Shown in pieces: positions 32,585-42,738 of a stretch of DNA of 64,000 nucleotides. Origin of the DNA: a virus; IMG/VR virus record IMGVR_UViG_3300042868_011225, positions 43,007-107,006 of that record; one strand, written 5' to 3'. Each line of letters begins with the position of its first letter. Position 1 is the stretch's first letter. Made by a program: the position numbers and the translations under genes. The notes under the pieces are model-generated. The model did no database searches. It was given only the letters and a program-made list of their open reading frames with translations, and had not been told where the DNA came from.

Positions 32585-34922
32585 TACAATACCACCATAT
32601 TCTAAGGTAAAAGTAGAATGGTTAGATAGGTCAGAAAATTACAGTAGAACAAATAAAACTAGGGTTATAAACCACTTTGCAAATAAGTATGGAATCCCTA
32701 AAACCAACATCACCGTTAACTTCAAAGCGGTTAAAAAGAACGCCAAAGGGGATATTATTGAAGTAAGTGGTGCTGGTATTGAAAACATCATGGACATCAA
32801 CTATCAAAGAGCCCTTATGAAGGAAGTTATTGAAAGAGATGGTAAAGTGGTAGATTTTAATCGTATATTAGCATTGGATGACAAAGTTAATGGTGAATTA
32901 AATGTTGATTTAAATGATTCACAACATCGTTCATGGTCTATCAAATGGGTTATGGTTGATAACTTCTTATCCTTTGGTGAAAATAACTATGCTCCTTTTA
33001 GCAAGCTCAGAGGTTTAACAATAGTAAATTCTATACCAGCAAATCAAGGTGGTAAAACAACTCTTACCATTGATGCAATTAAATTCTTATTGCATGGTAC
33101 AACAACAAAAACAGATAGAAACGAAGAAGTATTCAACCTTTATACGGATAAAAATGAACTTACTGTACGTGGTATGATTGACATTGAAGGTGAAGAAACA
33201 ATCATTGAACGTAAAATGAGACGTTCCGCTAAAAAAGGTGGTGGTTGGACAGTTACCAATAAGTTAAACTATTATAAGTTGCTTCCAGATGATACTGAAG
33301 AATTACAAAATGAGGAAGATGCTAAACAAACAACTAAAAAGCTTAGAGAAACAATAGGTACGGAGAAAGATTTCGAAATGCTAGTATTGGCTACTGAAAA
33401 AAACTTAGATGATTTGATAGGGTTGACTACTACGGAGTCAGGTAAGGTATTAACTAGACTTATAGGTTTAGAGATACTGGAACTTAAAGAAGCTGCTGTT
33501 AGAAGTATGTATAATGAGTTTGCTAAGAAAAAGAAATCCAACACCTATGATGTAATTACGCTAGGTGAAGAAATTGTTGACCATAAAGAAAAGATTGTGT
33601 TAGGTAATGAGTTAAAAGCTACTTTAACAGAAACTCGAAATGCTGCAATAAAACAAATGTCTGACCTTAGCGATGAAAACGACAGATTGCTTAATAGCAA
33701 AGAAAGTGTTGATGTTACTATCTTCGAATTAAACCCATCCAAGTTGGATACTGATATTGTTGATTTAACAGCAAAGGGTGTTGCTATTAGTGTGAAATGT
33801 AATGAAATAAAAGCTAAAATTACTGGTATTGGCGAAGTTGATTTTGATGAGGATAGACACTATATCCTAACCAAAGAATTTAACAAAAAAACAACTGATA
33901 ACGCATTAAAAGCTAGTGAAGTCGCTAGACTTGAAAAAGTTGTTAGTGGTTTGGTTGCTGGTGGTATATGCCAATCATGTAACAGAAAATTAGATGATGT
34001 CGATAATTCAGAACACATAGCAAAACATGAATTAGAGATAGAAAAACTAAATGGTGAGATATTTATTATAAATGGTGAGCTTAAAACTATCCAAGATGAA
34101 ATCAATGCTATAAATAAAACAAAGACTTTGGTTGATGAAAAAAATAGACTTGAATTAGACAAAGATAGAGCTGAAGTGGAAATGGGTTCTTTGAGAAATA
34201 GTATTTTATCAAAAAGAAATGATTTAAAAAAATATAATCTAAATCTAGAGGCTATTGAGTTGAATAGAAAAATTGATTCTGAAGTTGCTAAGGTTAAAAC
34301 GGATATTAAGGTTGCTGAAGTTACGAAAACAGATAGTATTAGTAAATTAGAAAGAGTTAGTTCTGATATTGAAATAAACACAACCAGTATTGATACTAAA
34401 ACGAAATTAATAGAAGCAATCAAAAAAGAAGAAGAAGTTGATAAGATTTACAAAATCTATATTGATTTAGTCGGTAAAAAGGGGATTAGTAAATTGGTTT
34501 TACGTTCTGTTTTGCCAATTATTAATTCTGAAGTACAAAGACTATTGGAAGACGTTTGCGACTTCGAGGTTGAAATATTTATGGATGACAAAAACGAAGT
34601 TCAATTCTTAATGATAAAAGATGATACAACAAAACGCTTAAAAGCTGGTAGTGGGTTTGAGAAAACAGCGGCTAGTCTTGCGTTAAGATGTGTATTAGGC
34701 AAGATATCAACACTTCCTATGCCTAATTTCATCACGTTTGATGAAGTATTGGGTAAAGTAGCACCAGATAATTTAGAGAAGCTTAAAATACTATTTGATA
34801 AGATTAAAGACATGTATGAGATAGTATTCTTTATCACACACAATGACCTTGTTAAGGATTGGGGTGATAACGTGGTGACTGTCAGCAAACCAGGTAACGT
34901 ATCAAAAATAACAATAAAATAG
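32574..34922 (+). CDS. SbcC/Rad50-like ATPase (gp46-like)
   Basis: NFLSFG, NQGGKTT Walker A, coiled coil with CQSC zinc hook, SGFE signature, FDE Walker B, FITH. Confidence 0.92.
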   Translation: MANSTIPPYSKVKVEWLDRSENYSRTNKTRVINHFANKYGIPKTNITVNFKAVKKNAKGDIIEVSGAGIENIMDINYQRALMKEVIERDGKVVDFNRILALDDKVNGELNVDLNDSQHRSWSIKWVMVDNFLSFGENNYAPFSKLRGLTIVNSIPANQGGKTTLTIDAIKFLLHGTTTKTDRNEEVFNLYTDKNELTVRGMIDIEGEETIIERKMRRSAKKGGGWTVTNKLNYYKLLPDDTEELQNEEDAKQTTKKLRETIGTEKDFEMLVLATEKNLDDLIGLTTTESGKVLTRLIGLEILELKEAAVRSMYNEFAKKKKSNTYDVITLGEEIVDHKEKIVLGNELKATLTETRNAAIKQMSDLSDENDRLLNSKESVDVTIFELNPSKLDTDIVDLTAKGVAISVKCNEIKAKITGIGEVDFDEDRHYILTKEFNKKTTDNALKASEVARLEKVVSGLVAGGICQSCNRKLDDVDNSEHIAKHELEIEKLNGEIFIINGELKTIQDEINAINKTKTLVDEKNRLELDKDRAEVEMGSLRNSILSKRNDLKKYNLNLEAIELNRKIDSEVAKVKTDIKVAEVTKTDSISKLERVSSDIEINTTSIDTKTKLIEAIKKEEEVDKIYKIYIDLVGKKGISKLVLRSVLPIINSEVQRLLEDVCDFEVEIFMDDKNEVQFLMIKDDTTKRLKAGSGFEKTAASLALRCVLGKISTLPMPNFITFDEVLGKVAPDNLEKLKILFDKIKDMYEIVFFITHNDLVKDWGDNVVTVSKPGNVSKITIK

Positions 34923-34975
34923 TTTGGTTAATCAAATTGTTTGTTGTATATTTGTTAAAATTAAAAGATAAAAAT

Positions 34976-35467
34976 ATGAAGTTTAGAAACTATTGTGTAG
35001 TTATTATGGGTGATACTAAAAATGTATTGCCTGAAATTGAAAAAGTAAGTGAAACCAAAGTAAACGTATTGGATGCCAAGGGTATACTAATCGCTACTTT
35101 TTCTTCTAATTTTGAACCATGTGAAATGACAGATTGGTTCAATGATAATAAAAGAAGTTTTTTATTGTTTGATTTGAATTCAGAAAATTCTGGGTTTAAC
35201 ATAACTAAAAAAGATGTTCATGATGGTTTGTTTTCATTCTTGAATGAGGTTGATTTAGAAGAAAAAGCCAGAGAATTATTACACACTATTGAAGATGCTA
35301 AAATAGTGAGTAGAATGAAAAGTCGTCAAGTTAAAGAAATAACAATTGAAGAAGTTATGAAATTAACACTTAGCGAAAAGAAAGAAATGTTCGATAAAAT
35401 CTTGGATAAAGGTGCCGATAATTTCACTGATAATGACAAAAAAATAATGCCATTTTTAGTAAAATAG
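34976..35467 (+). CDS. Hypothetical protein
   Basis: ORF downstream of TAtaTTTG; start moved to the ATG at 34976. Confidence 0.7.
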   Translation: MKFRNYCVVIMGDTKNVLPEIEKVSETKVNVLDAKGILIATFSSNFEPCEMTDWFNDNKRSFLLFDLNSENSGFNITKKDVHDGLFSFLNEVDLEEKARELLHTIEDAKIVSRMKSRQVKEITIEEVMKLTLSEKKEMFDKILDKGADNFTDNDKKIMPFLVK

Positions 35468-35554
35468 TTAGTCAAAACACTTGACTTTTAGAGGTTTATA
35501 TCGTATATTTAATAGTATTAACATAACAAAAAAAGAAGTAAAATGAAAAAGTAA

Positions 35555-36385
35555 ATGAGTCGTAAGTATGTAAATTTTGATGTTGAGGACAACATTGGAA
35601 AATATTTTAAAGATGTAAGAAAATCAATTATATTAACTCCAAGTGAGGAAATTAGATTAGCGGAAAGAATAAAAGAAGGGGATGATAAAGCGGTTGAACT
35701 GTTGGTAAACGCAAACCTTAAATTCGTAATATCAGTTGCAAAAGAATACCAAAATCAAGGATTACCGTTATCAGATTTAATCAGTGAAGGTAATTATGGG
35801 CTTATTAAAGCTGCAAAGAGATTCGACCACGAAAAAGGGTTTAGATTCATATCTTACGCTGTTTGGTGGATTAGACAATCAATATTACAAAGTCTTAATG
35901 ATAATGCTAGAATGGTTAGATTACCAGCCAACATCATCAATAAAATAACATACTTAAACAAAGAAATTTCTAAATTTGAGTTTATCAATGAAAGAGAACC
36001 AGTATATGGTGAAATTTTTGATAAAGACAAAGAAGTTATGGACTTGATTTATTACCCAAAGTGTTTATCTTTAAATGAAACAATAAATGAAGATGGTGAT
36101 GAGTTAATCGAATTGATTCCAAATCTAGATGATGAAGAAAACCAATTAGATATTGATAATAGAGTTAAAGATGAGCTTCAAAAAACACTTAGTGTGTTGG
36201 ATGAAAGAGAAAAAGAAATCATTGAAAACTATTTTGGTATCAATACTAATTTAGAACCAATGACGTTAGAAGCTATCGGTGAAAAATACGATTTAACAAA
36301 AGAAAGAATACGTCAAATAAAAGAAAAAGCGATTAGAAAATTAAGACACAATGCTAACGGATTGTATAGCTTAATTAATGAATAA
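35555..36385 (+). CDS. RNA polymerase sigma-70 factor (RpoD-like, lacking region 1.1)
   Basis: ANLKFVISVAK, DLISEGN.GLIKA..RFD, FISYAVWWIRQ, TLE.IG....LTKERIRQI. Confidence 0.95.
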   Translation: MSRKYVNFDVEDNIGKYFKDVRKSIILTPSEEIRLAERIKEGDDKAVELLVNANLKFVISVAKEYQNQGLPLSDLISEGNYGLIKAAKRFDHEKGFRFISYAVWWIRQSILQSLNDNARMVRLPANIINKITYLNKEISKFEFINEREPVYGEIFDKDKEVMDLIYYPKCLSLNETINEDGDELIELIPNLDDEENQLDIDNRVKDELQKTLSVLDEREKEIIENYFGINTNLEPMTLEAIGEKYDLTKERIRQIKEKAIRKLRHNANGLYSLINE

Positions 36386-36387
36386 AT

Positions 36388-36411
36388 AAGATGGGCTTTA
36401 TGCCCATTTTT
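36388..36411 (+). terminator. Intrinsic terminator
   Basis: atgggc-tttat-gcccat followed by a T tract. Confidence 0.75.
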
Positions 36412-36422
36412 GTTTTATAAGA

Positions 36423-36430
36423 TATTTATA
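36423..36430 (+). promoter_or_regulatory. Putative phage late-promoter motif TATTTAT(A); representative copy
   Basis: Same motif shortly before starts at 1992, 22093, 23864, 39565, 41126, 43139, 46249, 54044, 58177 and 62397, mostly structural or lysis genes. Confidence 0.6.
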
Positions 36431-36433
36431 GAT

Positions 36434-37603
36434 ATGAAAATAAAATTTAGGTATGTAATGTTAATGATGGCCCTAGCAGTTGCTGGTTGTGCCGCATATT
36501 TCTCCGTTTGGGGACTTAGCCAATTATTTGCTGGTGCTAGTGTGGCTGTAATTATTATGGCATCAGTGTTAGAGGTTGGTAAATTGGTTGTAACAACGGC
36601 TTTACACACCTATTGGGATAAATTGTCAAAACCGCTTAGGGTTTATTTATCGATTAGTGTTGTTATTCTTATGTTTATAACATCTGCTGGTATCTACGGT
36701 TTCCTCTCAAATGCTTATCAAAAAACTGCAAACAAACTAGAAATTCATGAAGGTGAGTTAAGTGTATTAGACGGTAAAAAAGGTATCTTCCAAAAAAATA
36801 TTGATGATAACCAAAAGATTATCGACACAAAAAATAAACGTTTAGACCAATTATCAGGTCTTAGAACTTCGCAAGAAAGCAGAATAGACGGGTCAAAATC
36901 AAATAGAGATAGAAATTCAGTAAGAGGTGATATTGCTTCAGCAAATTCTGAAATTCAAAAACTATCACTTGAAATTGACAATTTAAACACTAAAAACGCT
37001 GTATTATCTGATTCAATAGGTAAATACAATGTAAAAGCACTTGAAATGAAATCAGGTAGTGATATTGCTGGTGAAGTTGGACCATTGAAATATATAGCAG
37101 AACTAACAGGTGTTCCAATGGCAAGTGTTGTTAATTACTTGATACTTTTACTTATTTTCGTATTTGACCCACTAGCGATATCGCTAGTATTGGCAACAAA
37201 CAAAGCTTTTGATTTAGCTGGTGAAAGTACACCTTTGGAACCTAAAAAAGATTCAACAAAAGAAGTCACGAAAGAATTAAAAGACGAACATGAGGGAGTA
37301 AATGAAGAAAATGAGGGAGTAAACGTAAACCCTGAAACTGGAGAATTTACATTCCCAGAAGAAGAATTACCAATAGAAACTGATATTTGGATACCTGAAG
37401 CAACAGTTGATATGCCAACAAATAATCCAATTATGTCTTCAGGTAAGATAGCGTTGGAAGATATCAAAGAGATTAAAGAAGGTCAAAGAGGTTATTCAGT
37501 AAATGTACCACAACCTAAAAGCAACAACAATATTGAAAGAGTTGGAAGTAATAAAATAATCAAAGATGGAAATAACAATAGATTTTTTTTTAGACGTGAT
37601 TAA
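36434..37603 (+). CDS. Membrane protein with coiled coil
   Basis: Three N-terminal TM helices, coiled coil, fourth TM (LLLIFVFDPLAI), acidic tail. Confidence 0.75.
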   Translation: MKIKFRYVMLMMALAVAGCAAYFSVWGLSQLFAGASVAVIIMASVLEVGKLVVTTALHTYWDKLSKPLRVYLSISVVILMFITSAGIYGFLSNAYQKTANKLEIHEGELSVLDGKKGIFQKNIDDNQKIIDTKNKRLDQLSGLRTSQESRIDGSKSNRDRNSVRGDIASANSEIQKLSLEIDNLNTKNAVLSDSIGKYNVKALEMKSGSDIAGEVGPLKYIAELTGVPMASVVNYLILLLIFVFDPLAISLVLATNKAFDLAGESTPLEPKKDSTKEVTKELKDEHEGVNEENEGVNVNPETGEFTFPEEELPIETDIWIPEATVDMPTNNPIMSSGKIALEDIKEIKEGQRGYSVNVPQPKSNNNIERVGSNKIIKDGNNNRFFFRRD

Positions 37604-38208
37604 TGGAAATTAACCAATCTTACATATTATCTAAAGATAACTATACCCGTATTGAAAGTATTAAAAAACAAATAGTTATTGGTAACACAAATAACCACGA
37701 TATGAAACACTATATTGGTTGGGTTAATCGTTATAATGGTAAATATAAAAAAACTGCCGCATTTACGATTGATATTCATGGGACAATATATAAACACTTT
37801 GAACCTAAATACCAATCGGAATATTTTAAAGATTTAGAACAAAATAATAAAAGTATTGTTATTTTATTGGAAAATGATGGTTGGTTAACAAAAAATGATG
37901 AAAAAAATAGTTTTCTTTCATGGTTAGGTTATATTTATAAAGAGCAAGATGTATTTGAAAAGAAATGGAGAGCCAATAACTATTGGGCCCACTATGGAAA
38001 AGAACAAATAGATTCAGCGGTCAAGTTAGTTAAAGAATTATGTAACGAATTTTATATCCCTTTAACTGCAATGACACATAATGTTAAAATGAATGATTTA
38101 GAAGATTATACTGGTATTCTATATAAAAGTAATATTGAAATGTATTATACTGATTTATCACCAGCATTTGATTTTGAATACTTTATAAATAATATTGAAC
38201 TAAAATAA
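37603..38208 (+). CDS. N-acetylmuramoyl-L-alanine amidase (Amidase_2)-like protein, probably inactive
   Basis: Fold pattern KKQIV...AFTID..GTIY..F...SI.I.LEN...Y..EQI.S...LV..LC..F.IP is retained, but the Zn-ligand His and catalytic Glu positions appear substituted. Confidence 0.65.
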   Translation: MEINQSYILSKDNYTRIESIKKQIVIGNTNNHDMKHYIGWVNRYNGKYKKTAAFTIDIHGTIYKHFEPKYQSEYFKDLEQNNKSIVILLENDGWLTKNDEKNSFLSWLGYIYKEQDVFEKKWRANNYWAHYGKEQIDSAVKLVKELCNEFYIPLTAMTHNVKMNDLEDYTGILYKSNIEMYYTDLSPAFDFEYFINNIELK

Positions 38209-38213
38209 AAACA

Positions 38214-38771
38214 ATGAAAGAATCAATTAATGAGCATGATATGACCAAAAAAATGATGCAAGTCATGAGAGGTGGTTATAGGCCTTTACTTAAAGAAGAG
38301 GAAGAACCAGATATGGGAGCTATAGACCCAAATGAAAACCAAGAAACAAAAGCAAAACAAGGGACAGCTAAACCGCCACGTGAAGGTCGTGCATCGCTAA
38401 TACAATTAGATGGTTCATATTTTGAACTAGATAAAAACGACCATCGTTTTAAAGCTTTACAAAAAGTTTTAACTGATAGAGTATCACAAGCTAAAATTAC
38501 TAGTATTTATATTTCTGACCCAGAAGGGTTAGTAATAAATGGTGTTGCTTTAAATTTCAGTGACAATTCTGGTTTATATTTTACATTAGCACGTTCTGAA
38601 CCTAACATATTAGTTAGTAGTGAGAATGTCCAAGGTAAATTAAACATTGAAGTTCAAACTAACTTACAATTATTTTGGGATGGTATATTAGCTGACACTA
38701 TGGGTACTAGCCAATATTTATATAACGAAAGAGATGATAAACAAGCAAAAGATGCCAACGAACAAAACTAA
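38214..38771 (+). CDS. Hypothetical protein (possible head-packaged protein)
   Basis: 185 aa; N-terminal leader ending LLKE. Confidence 0.65.
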   Translation: MKESINEHDMTKKMMQVMRGGYRPLLKEEEEPDMGAIDPNENQETKAKQGTAKPPREGRASLIQLDGSYFELDKNDHRFKALQKVLTDRVSQAKITSIYISDPEGLVINGVALNFSDNSGLYFTLARSEPNILVSSENVQGKLNIEVQTNLQLFWDGILADTMGTSQYLYNERDDKQAKDANEQN

Positions 38772-39147
38772 TTTTTTTGAGATTAAGAACATGTTGATAA
38801 TACTATTAGGTATTATGGTTGTTGGTATGTTTTTATTCGGTAAAAATGTTATAAATAAACATGCTACTGAAATAAAAGCATTACAAACAGAAAACACTAC
38901 TCTATTAAATAAAAATGAATCATTAAAGAAAGATAATGATAAATTAGACATTATTTTAGGTCAAATAGACTTAAAATTATCACAAAATAACAAAGATACT
39001 GACGCTGTATTATCAGAGTTAGATAAATTAAATGGAAAGAAAAATGAAATACCTAATTACGTTAATTCTTTGTCTGCTAACAGTACAGCAGATGCACTCG
39101 CAAAATACCTTGAAAACAGAACCAAGGGTGACGGTAGTAAACACTAA
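38752..39147 (+). CDS. Putative i-spanin-like protein
   Basis: N-terminal TM helix then coiled coil; overlaps the next gene by about 100 nt. Confidence 0.5.
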   Translation: MPTNKTNFFEIKNMLIILLGIMVVGMFLFGKNVINKHATEIKALQTENTTLLNKNESLKKDNDKLDIILGQIDLKLSQNNKDTDAVLSELDKLNGKKNEIPNYVNSLSANSTADALAKYLENRTKGDGSKH

Positions 39148-39505
39148 AACAGATACTCTTATTCAAGTAAAAGTAAACGATGCTAAAATACTCCTTAAAG
39201 ATGTTTTGGATAAAGTAGTTTGTGATGAAATGGTTGTTAAATTAAATGATTTAGATTCATTAAGAATTGAAACCATCTTATATCAAACTAATAAAATTGA
39301 AGTTTTGGAAAATAAGATATCAAATCAAGCAATGATGGTTGGAAATTTAGAAGCGGTTCTTCAAAATAAAGATACTGAATTGGCTTTATTAAATGACATT
39401 ATTAAAAAACAAAGTAGAGAAATAAACAAACAAAAAGTTTTTAAAATCGCTGGGTTTTCATTGGCATTAGCATTACCAATAACATATTTATTACTTAACA
39501 AATAA
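39044..39505 (+). CDS. Secreted coiled-coil protein with C-terminal TM (spanin-partner-like)
   Basis: Signal peptide MKYLITLILCLLTVQQMHS|Q, coiled coil, C-terminal hydrophobic helix. Confidence 0.5.
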   Translation: MKYLITLILCLLTVQQMHSQNTLKTEPRVTVVNTKTDTLIQVKVNDAKILLKDVLDKVVCDEMVVKLNDLDSLRIETILYQTNKIEVLENKISNQAMMVGNLEAVLQNKDTELALLNDIIKKQSREINKQKVFKIAGFSLALALPITYLLLNK

Positions 39506-39528
39506 CAAAATAGAAATATTATCAAAAT

Positions 39529-39551
39529 AAAGCCCTTAATGGGTTTTTTTT
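39529..39551 (+). terminator. Intrinsic terminator
   Basis: aagccc-ttaat-gggttt followed by a T tract. Confidence 0.75.
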
Positions 39552-39585
39552 GTTTTATATAATATATTTATAATAAACTAAAAAG

Positions 39586-41097
39586 ATGAAAAAACTTATT
39601 ATAACAAAAGAACAATACAATGGTTTAGTTAGAGCTGGATTGATTAAAGAATCAGCACCAATGGTTAAAGGTGGAATTAATAGAATCCAAAATGGGTTCA
39701 ACAAAGAATTTGCTGGTAAAGATATTAAAGCGGTAACTGAAGACGGACAATTTAATATCAAAGCACCTAATTCTGATTTACCTAGAGGGCCACAAAAACC
39801 CAAAAAACAAACAAAACACATCACTGAAAACGAAAAAAGTGGTAATAATAAAATTAGTAAAGAAATTACTGATTTATTGAAACACTTATATGGTAAAGAT
39901 GACCAATTTAATTCAGACTACTGGGTTGGTGAAAAAGGTAAATCTTGCCAAGAAATTGAAGAAGTTTTAACTGACAAAGGTCTTATTGTTAAAAAAGGTC
40001 GTAACTATATAGTACCTAAAAGTCTTGGTGCTAAAGAAGAAGCTAAAGCGGCTATTGAAGATTGTATAAGAGAATTTATTGGTGAGCCAATGGAAGAAAT
40101 AGAAGAAGATTATCCATTAGGGGCTGAACATGACCCTAACGCACCATATAACCAAGAAGACCCAGAACCAATTTATAATCACACAGATTATGATATTTTC
40201 GTATATAATGACGGTATTGCTGTTCTTAATGAAGGAACTGAATTCTTTTTGTTGGATTTTGGCGATAATGGTGTTGATTATGAAGGTTATGAAATGACTG
40301 AAGATGATATTAATTTATTTCTTAATAATAATGAAACACAATTACCAAAAATTCTTATTCCTTTGGATATTGACTTGGTTAATGAATTAAGTGAAATGTA
40401 CAATTTAAACACACATTTCATGAAAAAACTTGAACAAATAAAAACTATTTTAGGTGGTGTGAGTGAAGGTGTTGATTGGTCTAAGGCTTACCCTAGAGAA
40501 AAAGCTAGACCTAAAATGAATGATGTATCACCTAAGAAAAGAACAGGACCAGAAAATCAAGCAATAATAGATAAGGTTAAGGCGTTAAGACAAAGAGAAT
40601 TAAGTACCAGACCAGAGATGAAATCACAACATCCAACGGACCAACCAGAAGAATTAGATGAAACTGGATGTGCAAGTGCAATGGGTGCTGGTTCACCAGT
40701 TGTTCCAATGGGTACTCCTATTAAAAGAGATATTAAAACTGTTTATGAAACACTAAGTGTTGCTGGTGCTGGAAATTTCCAATATGATAGTCCAGGTCTT
40801 GCAAATGTAGGAAGAAATGGTGAATTTAAAAAAGGTGGTAAAAAAACAAAAGCTGAAACAACCCCACAATGGGCTGGTGGTGCTTTTGTTGAACAACCAG
40901 AATGTTCTAAACCTAATAATAATAAAGAAGCTCAAAATGGTGGTTGTAATTCAGGTGCTAGTAGTCTTAAAATGAAAAAAGCTTCAGGTTCTGTAAATGC
41001 ACCTTCTTTAGCTGAAAATAAGATATTTGAAGAAATCGCTAAAAGAACGGGTAAAACAATAGAAGAAGTTAAACAAATAATTTCGAATAAAAAATAA
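39586..41097 (+). CDS. Acidic putative internal head/scaffold-type protein
   Basis: MKKLIITKEQY...LIKE leader, multiple [ILV]xE sites, late motif upstream. Confidence 0.6.
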   Translation: MKKLIITKEQYNGLVRAGLIKESAPMVKGGINRIQNGFNKEFAGKDIKAVTEDGQFNIKAPNSDLPRGPQKPKKQTKHITENEKSGNNKISKEITDLLKHLYGKDDQFNSDYWVGEKGKSCQEIEEVLTDKGLIVKKGRNYIVPKSLGAKEEAKAAIEDCIREFIGEPMEEIEEDYPLGAEHDPNAPYNQEDPEPIYNHTDYDIFVYNDGIAVLNEGTEFFLLDFGDNGVDYEGYEMTEDDINLFLNNNETQLPKILIPLDIDLVNELSEMYNLNTHFMKKLEQIKTILGGVSEGVDWSKAYPREKARPKMNDVSPKKRTGPENQAIIDKVKALRQRELSTRPEMKSQHPTDQPEELDETGCASAMGAGSPVVPMGTPIKRDIKTVYETLSVAGAGNFQYDSPGLANVGRNGEFKKGGKKTKAETTPQWAGGAFVEQPECSKPNNNKEAQNGGCNSGASSLKMKKASGSVNAPSLAENKIFEEIAKRTGKTIEEVKQIISNKK

Positions 41098-41149
41098 TAC
41101 TAGACAACTTTATTAAAAAGTTAGATATTTATAATAAAATCAATTAAAG

Positions 41150-42724
41150 ATGGATAAAAAAATAATAAAAAATCAATTGAATGCTAGATTCTTAAACGAA
41201 GAAAGCACTCCTGGTATTGATGTAACCAAAAAAGTCAACAAAGAATCTGGAAAGATTAATAAGACTGCGGTTAAAGACATGGACAAGGGAGCTGCTGACT
41301 ATGAAAAAGCTATCGTGAAAACTGATAAATCAACCAAAATGCCAACTAATAAATTCAACTACAACAATGATGCTGAAAAAGTTTATCATGATGAAATGGA
41401 AATTAGAAATGGCCAAGAAATGATTCAATATGATAGAGACCCAAACAAAGAATTTAAAGATAGAGCTGAAGAAGCTATTGCTGGTAGTTCTAGAATGGGT
41501 AACAACCCAGAATGGGCAAATGTTGTTGCAAAAGGACAAGGTGGTGACCCTGAATTTGGTAAAAACTTAGTTAAAACCATCAAAGCTGCTACCAAAAAAA
41601 GACAAGATGCTGAATATGCAGTAATGAGCTTTGGTGATGATATTGAGACTCTTCCTAAAGGTACTAAACCAATGTCTAGACATGGTGCTTTATCTGAAGG
41701 TGAATTAGAAAAAGCTAGTAAAGATATTGAAAGTGGAAAACCATATGGTACTGAAGACGAATACGAATTTAACAATAGCGATGATGCTAAAGAACCATCA
41801 AAAGAAGAAAATAATAATAATAAACCAAAAATAAAAGAAGGAATGAAAAGACTTAATTTCAAAAAAGAATTCAATGGTGTTGGAAACGCATTGAAAATGA
41901 TACCTGAATCATACAAAGTAGACAACAAAGTCTTCGAAATGACTGATGGTAATGAATCATACAAAATCCGTTGGGAAGGTACACTTTCTGAAGGTAAAGC
42001 AACTATATTAACTGCATCAAACAAAACTATGGTTAATGAAGATATGCAAAAAATGAAACACCTTATGGGTTATAAATCTGAGAAAACTCTTGGTCTTGTA
42101 AAAGGAAATGCTAGACTTGATGAAAATGTAATTTTCACTGATATCTATGCTAAAACTAAAGCTCTTTTAGAAGGTGAAGATATTGATGGTCAAACAGCAC
42201 CAGAAGGTAATTTGGAAGACATCAAAAAGAAATCAAAAGAAGCAACTAAACACGTTGAAGGTACTACTTCTACTGATAAAGGAACACAAGCTCCAAAACC
42301 TAAAACAGGTAACTTTGAAGAAGTTAAGAAATCAGCTCCAGAAGCAACTAAACATGTAGAAGGTTCTGCATCAACAGACAAAGGAACACAAGCTCCAAAA
42401 CCTAAAACAGGTGCATGGGATGATATTAAAACATCAGCTCCAGAAGCAACTAAACACGTTAAAGAAGGTGTTGAAAGTGAAGGAATGGGATTAGGTGACC
42501 AATCAGAAGGTGAAGGCGAATGGGACCAAATAGATGTACCACAAGCAGCTGCTCATGGGAATCCATCAAGTACTACTTATGCTCCAGCACCAAAAACAGG
42601 TGAATGGGATAAAGCAAAACCAGCACATGCTGCAGATGCTAAAAAACACATAAGTATGAACGAAGGTATTACCTTAGGTGGTATTTTATTCGAACCAATC
42701 GAATTAAAAAAAAAAGTAAACTAG
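41150..42724 (+). CDS. Charged putative internal head protein with 34-aa repeats
   Basis: 524 aa, EATKHVEG..STDKGTQAPKPKTG repeats; ends in an A10 run (KKKVN*). Confidence 0.7.
   Translation: MDKKIIKNQLNARFLNEESTPGIDVTKKVNKESGKINKTAVKDMDKGAADYEKAIVKTDKSTKMPTNKFNYNNDAEKVYHDEMEIRNGQEMIQYDRDPNKEFKDRAEEAIAGSSRMGNNPEWANVVAKGQGGDPEFGKNLVKTIKAATKKRQDAEYAVMSFGDDIETLPKGTKPMSRHGALSEGELEKASKDIESGKPYGTEDEYEFNNSDDAKEPSKEENNNNKPKIKEGMKRLNFKKEFNGVGNALKMIPESYKVDNKVFEMTDGNESYKIRWEGTLSEGKATILTASNKTMVNEDMQKMKHLMGYKSEKTLGLVKGNARLDENVIFTDIYAKTKALLEGEDIDGQTAPEGNLEDIKKKSKEATKHVEGTTSTDKGTQAPKPKTGNFEEVKKSAPEATKHVEGSASTDKGTQAPKPKTGAWDDIKTSAPEATKHVKEGVESEGMGLGDQSEGEGEWDQIDVPQAAAHGNPSSTTYAPAPKTGEWDKAKPAHAADAKKHISMNEGITLGGILFEPIELKKKVN
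42239..42470 (+). repeat. Tandem coding repeat, period 102 nt (about 2.3 copies)
   Basis: gaagcaactaaaca recurs at 42239, 42341 and 42443; aaaggaacacaagctccaaaacctaaaacaggt occurs twice. Confidence 0.9.
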
Positions 42725-42738
42725 TTAACGAAAACTGG

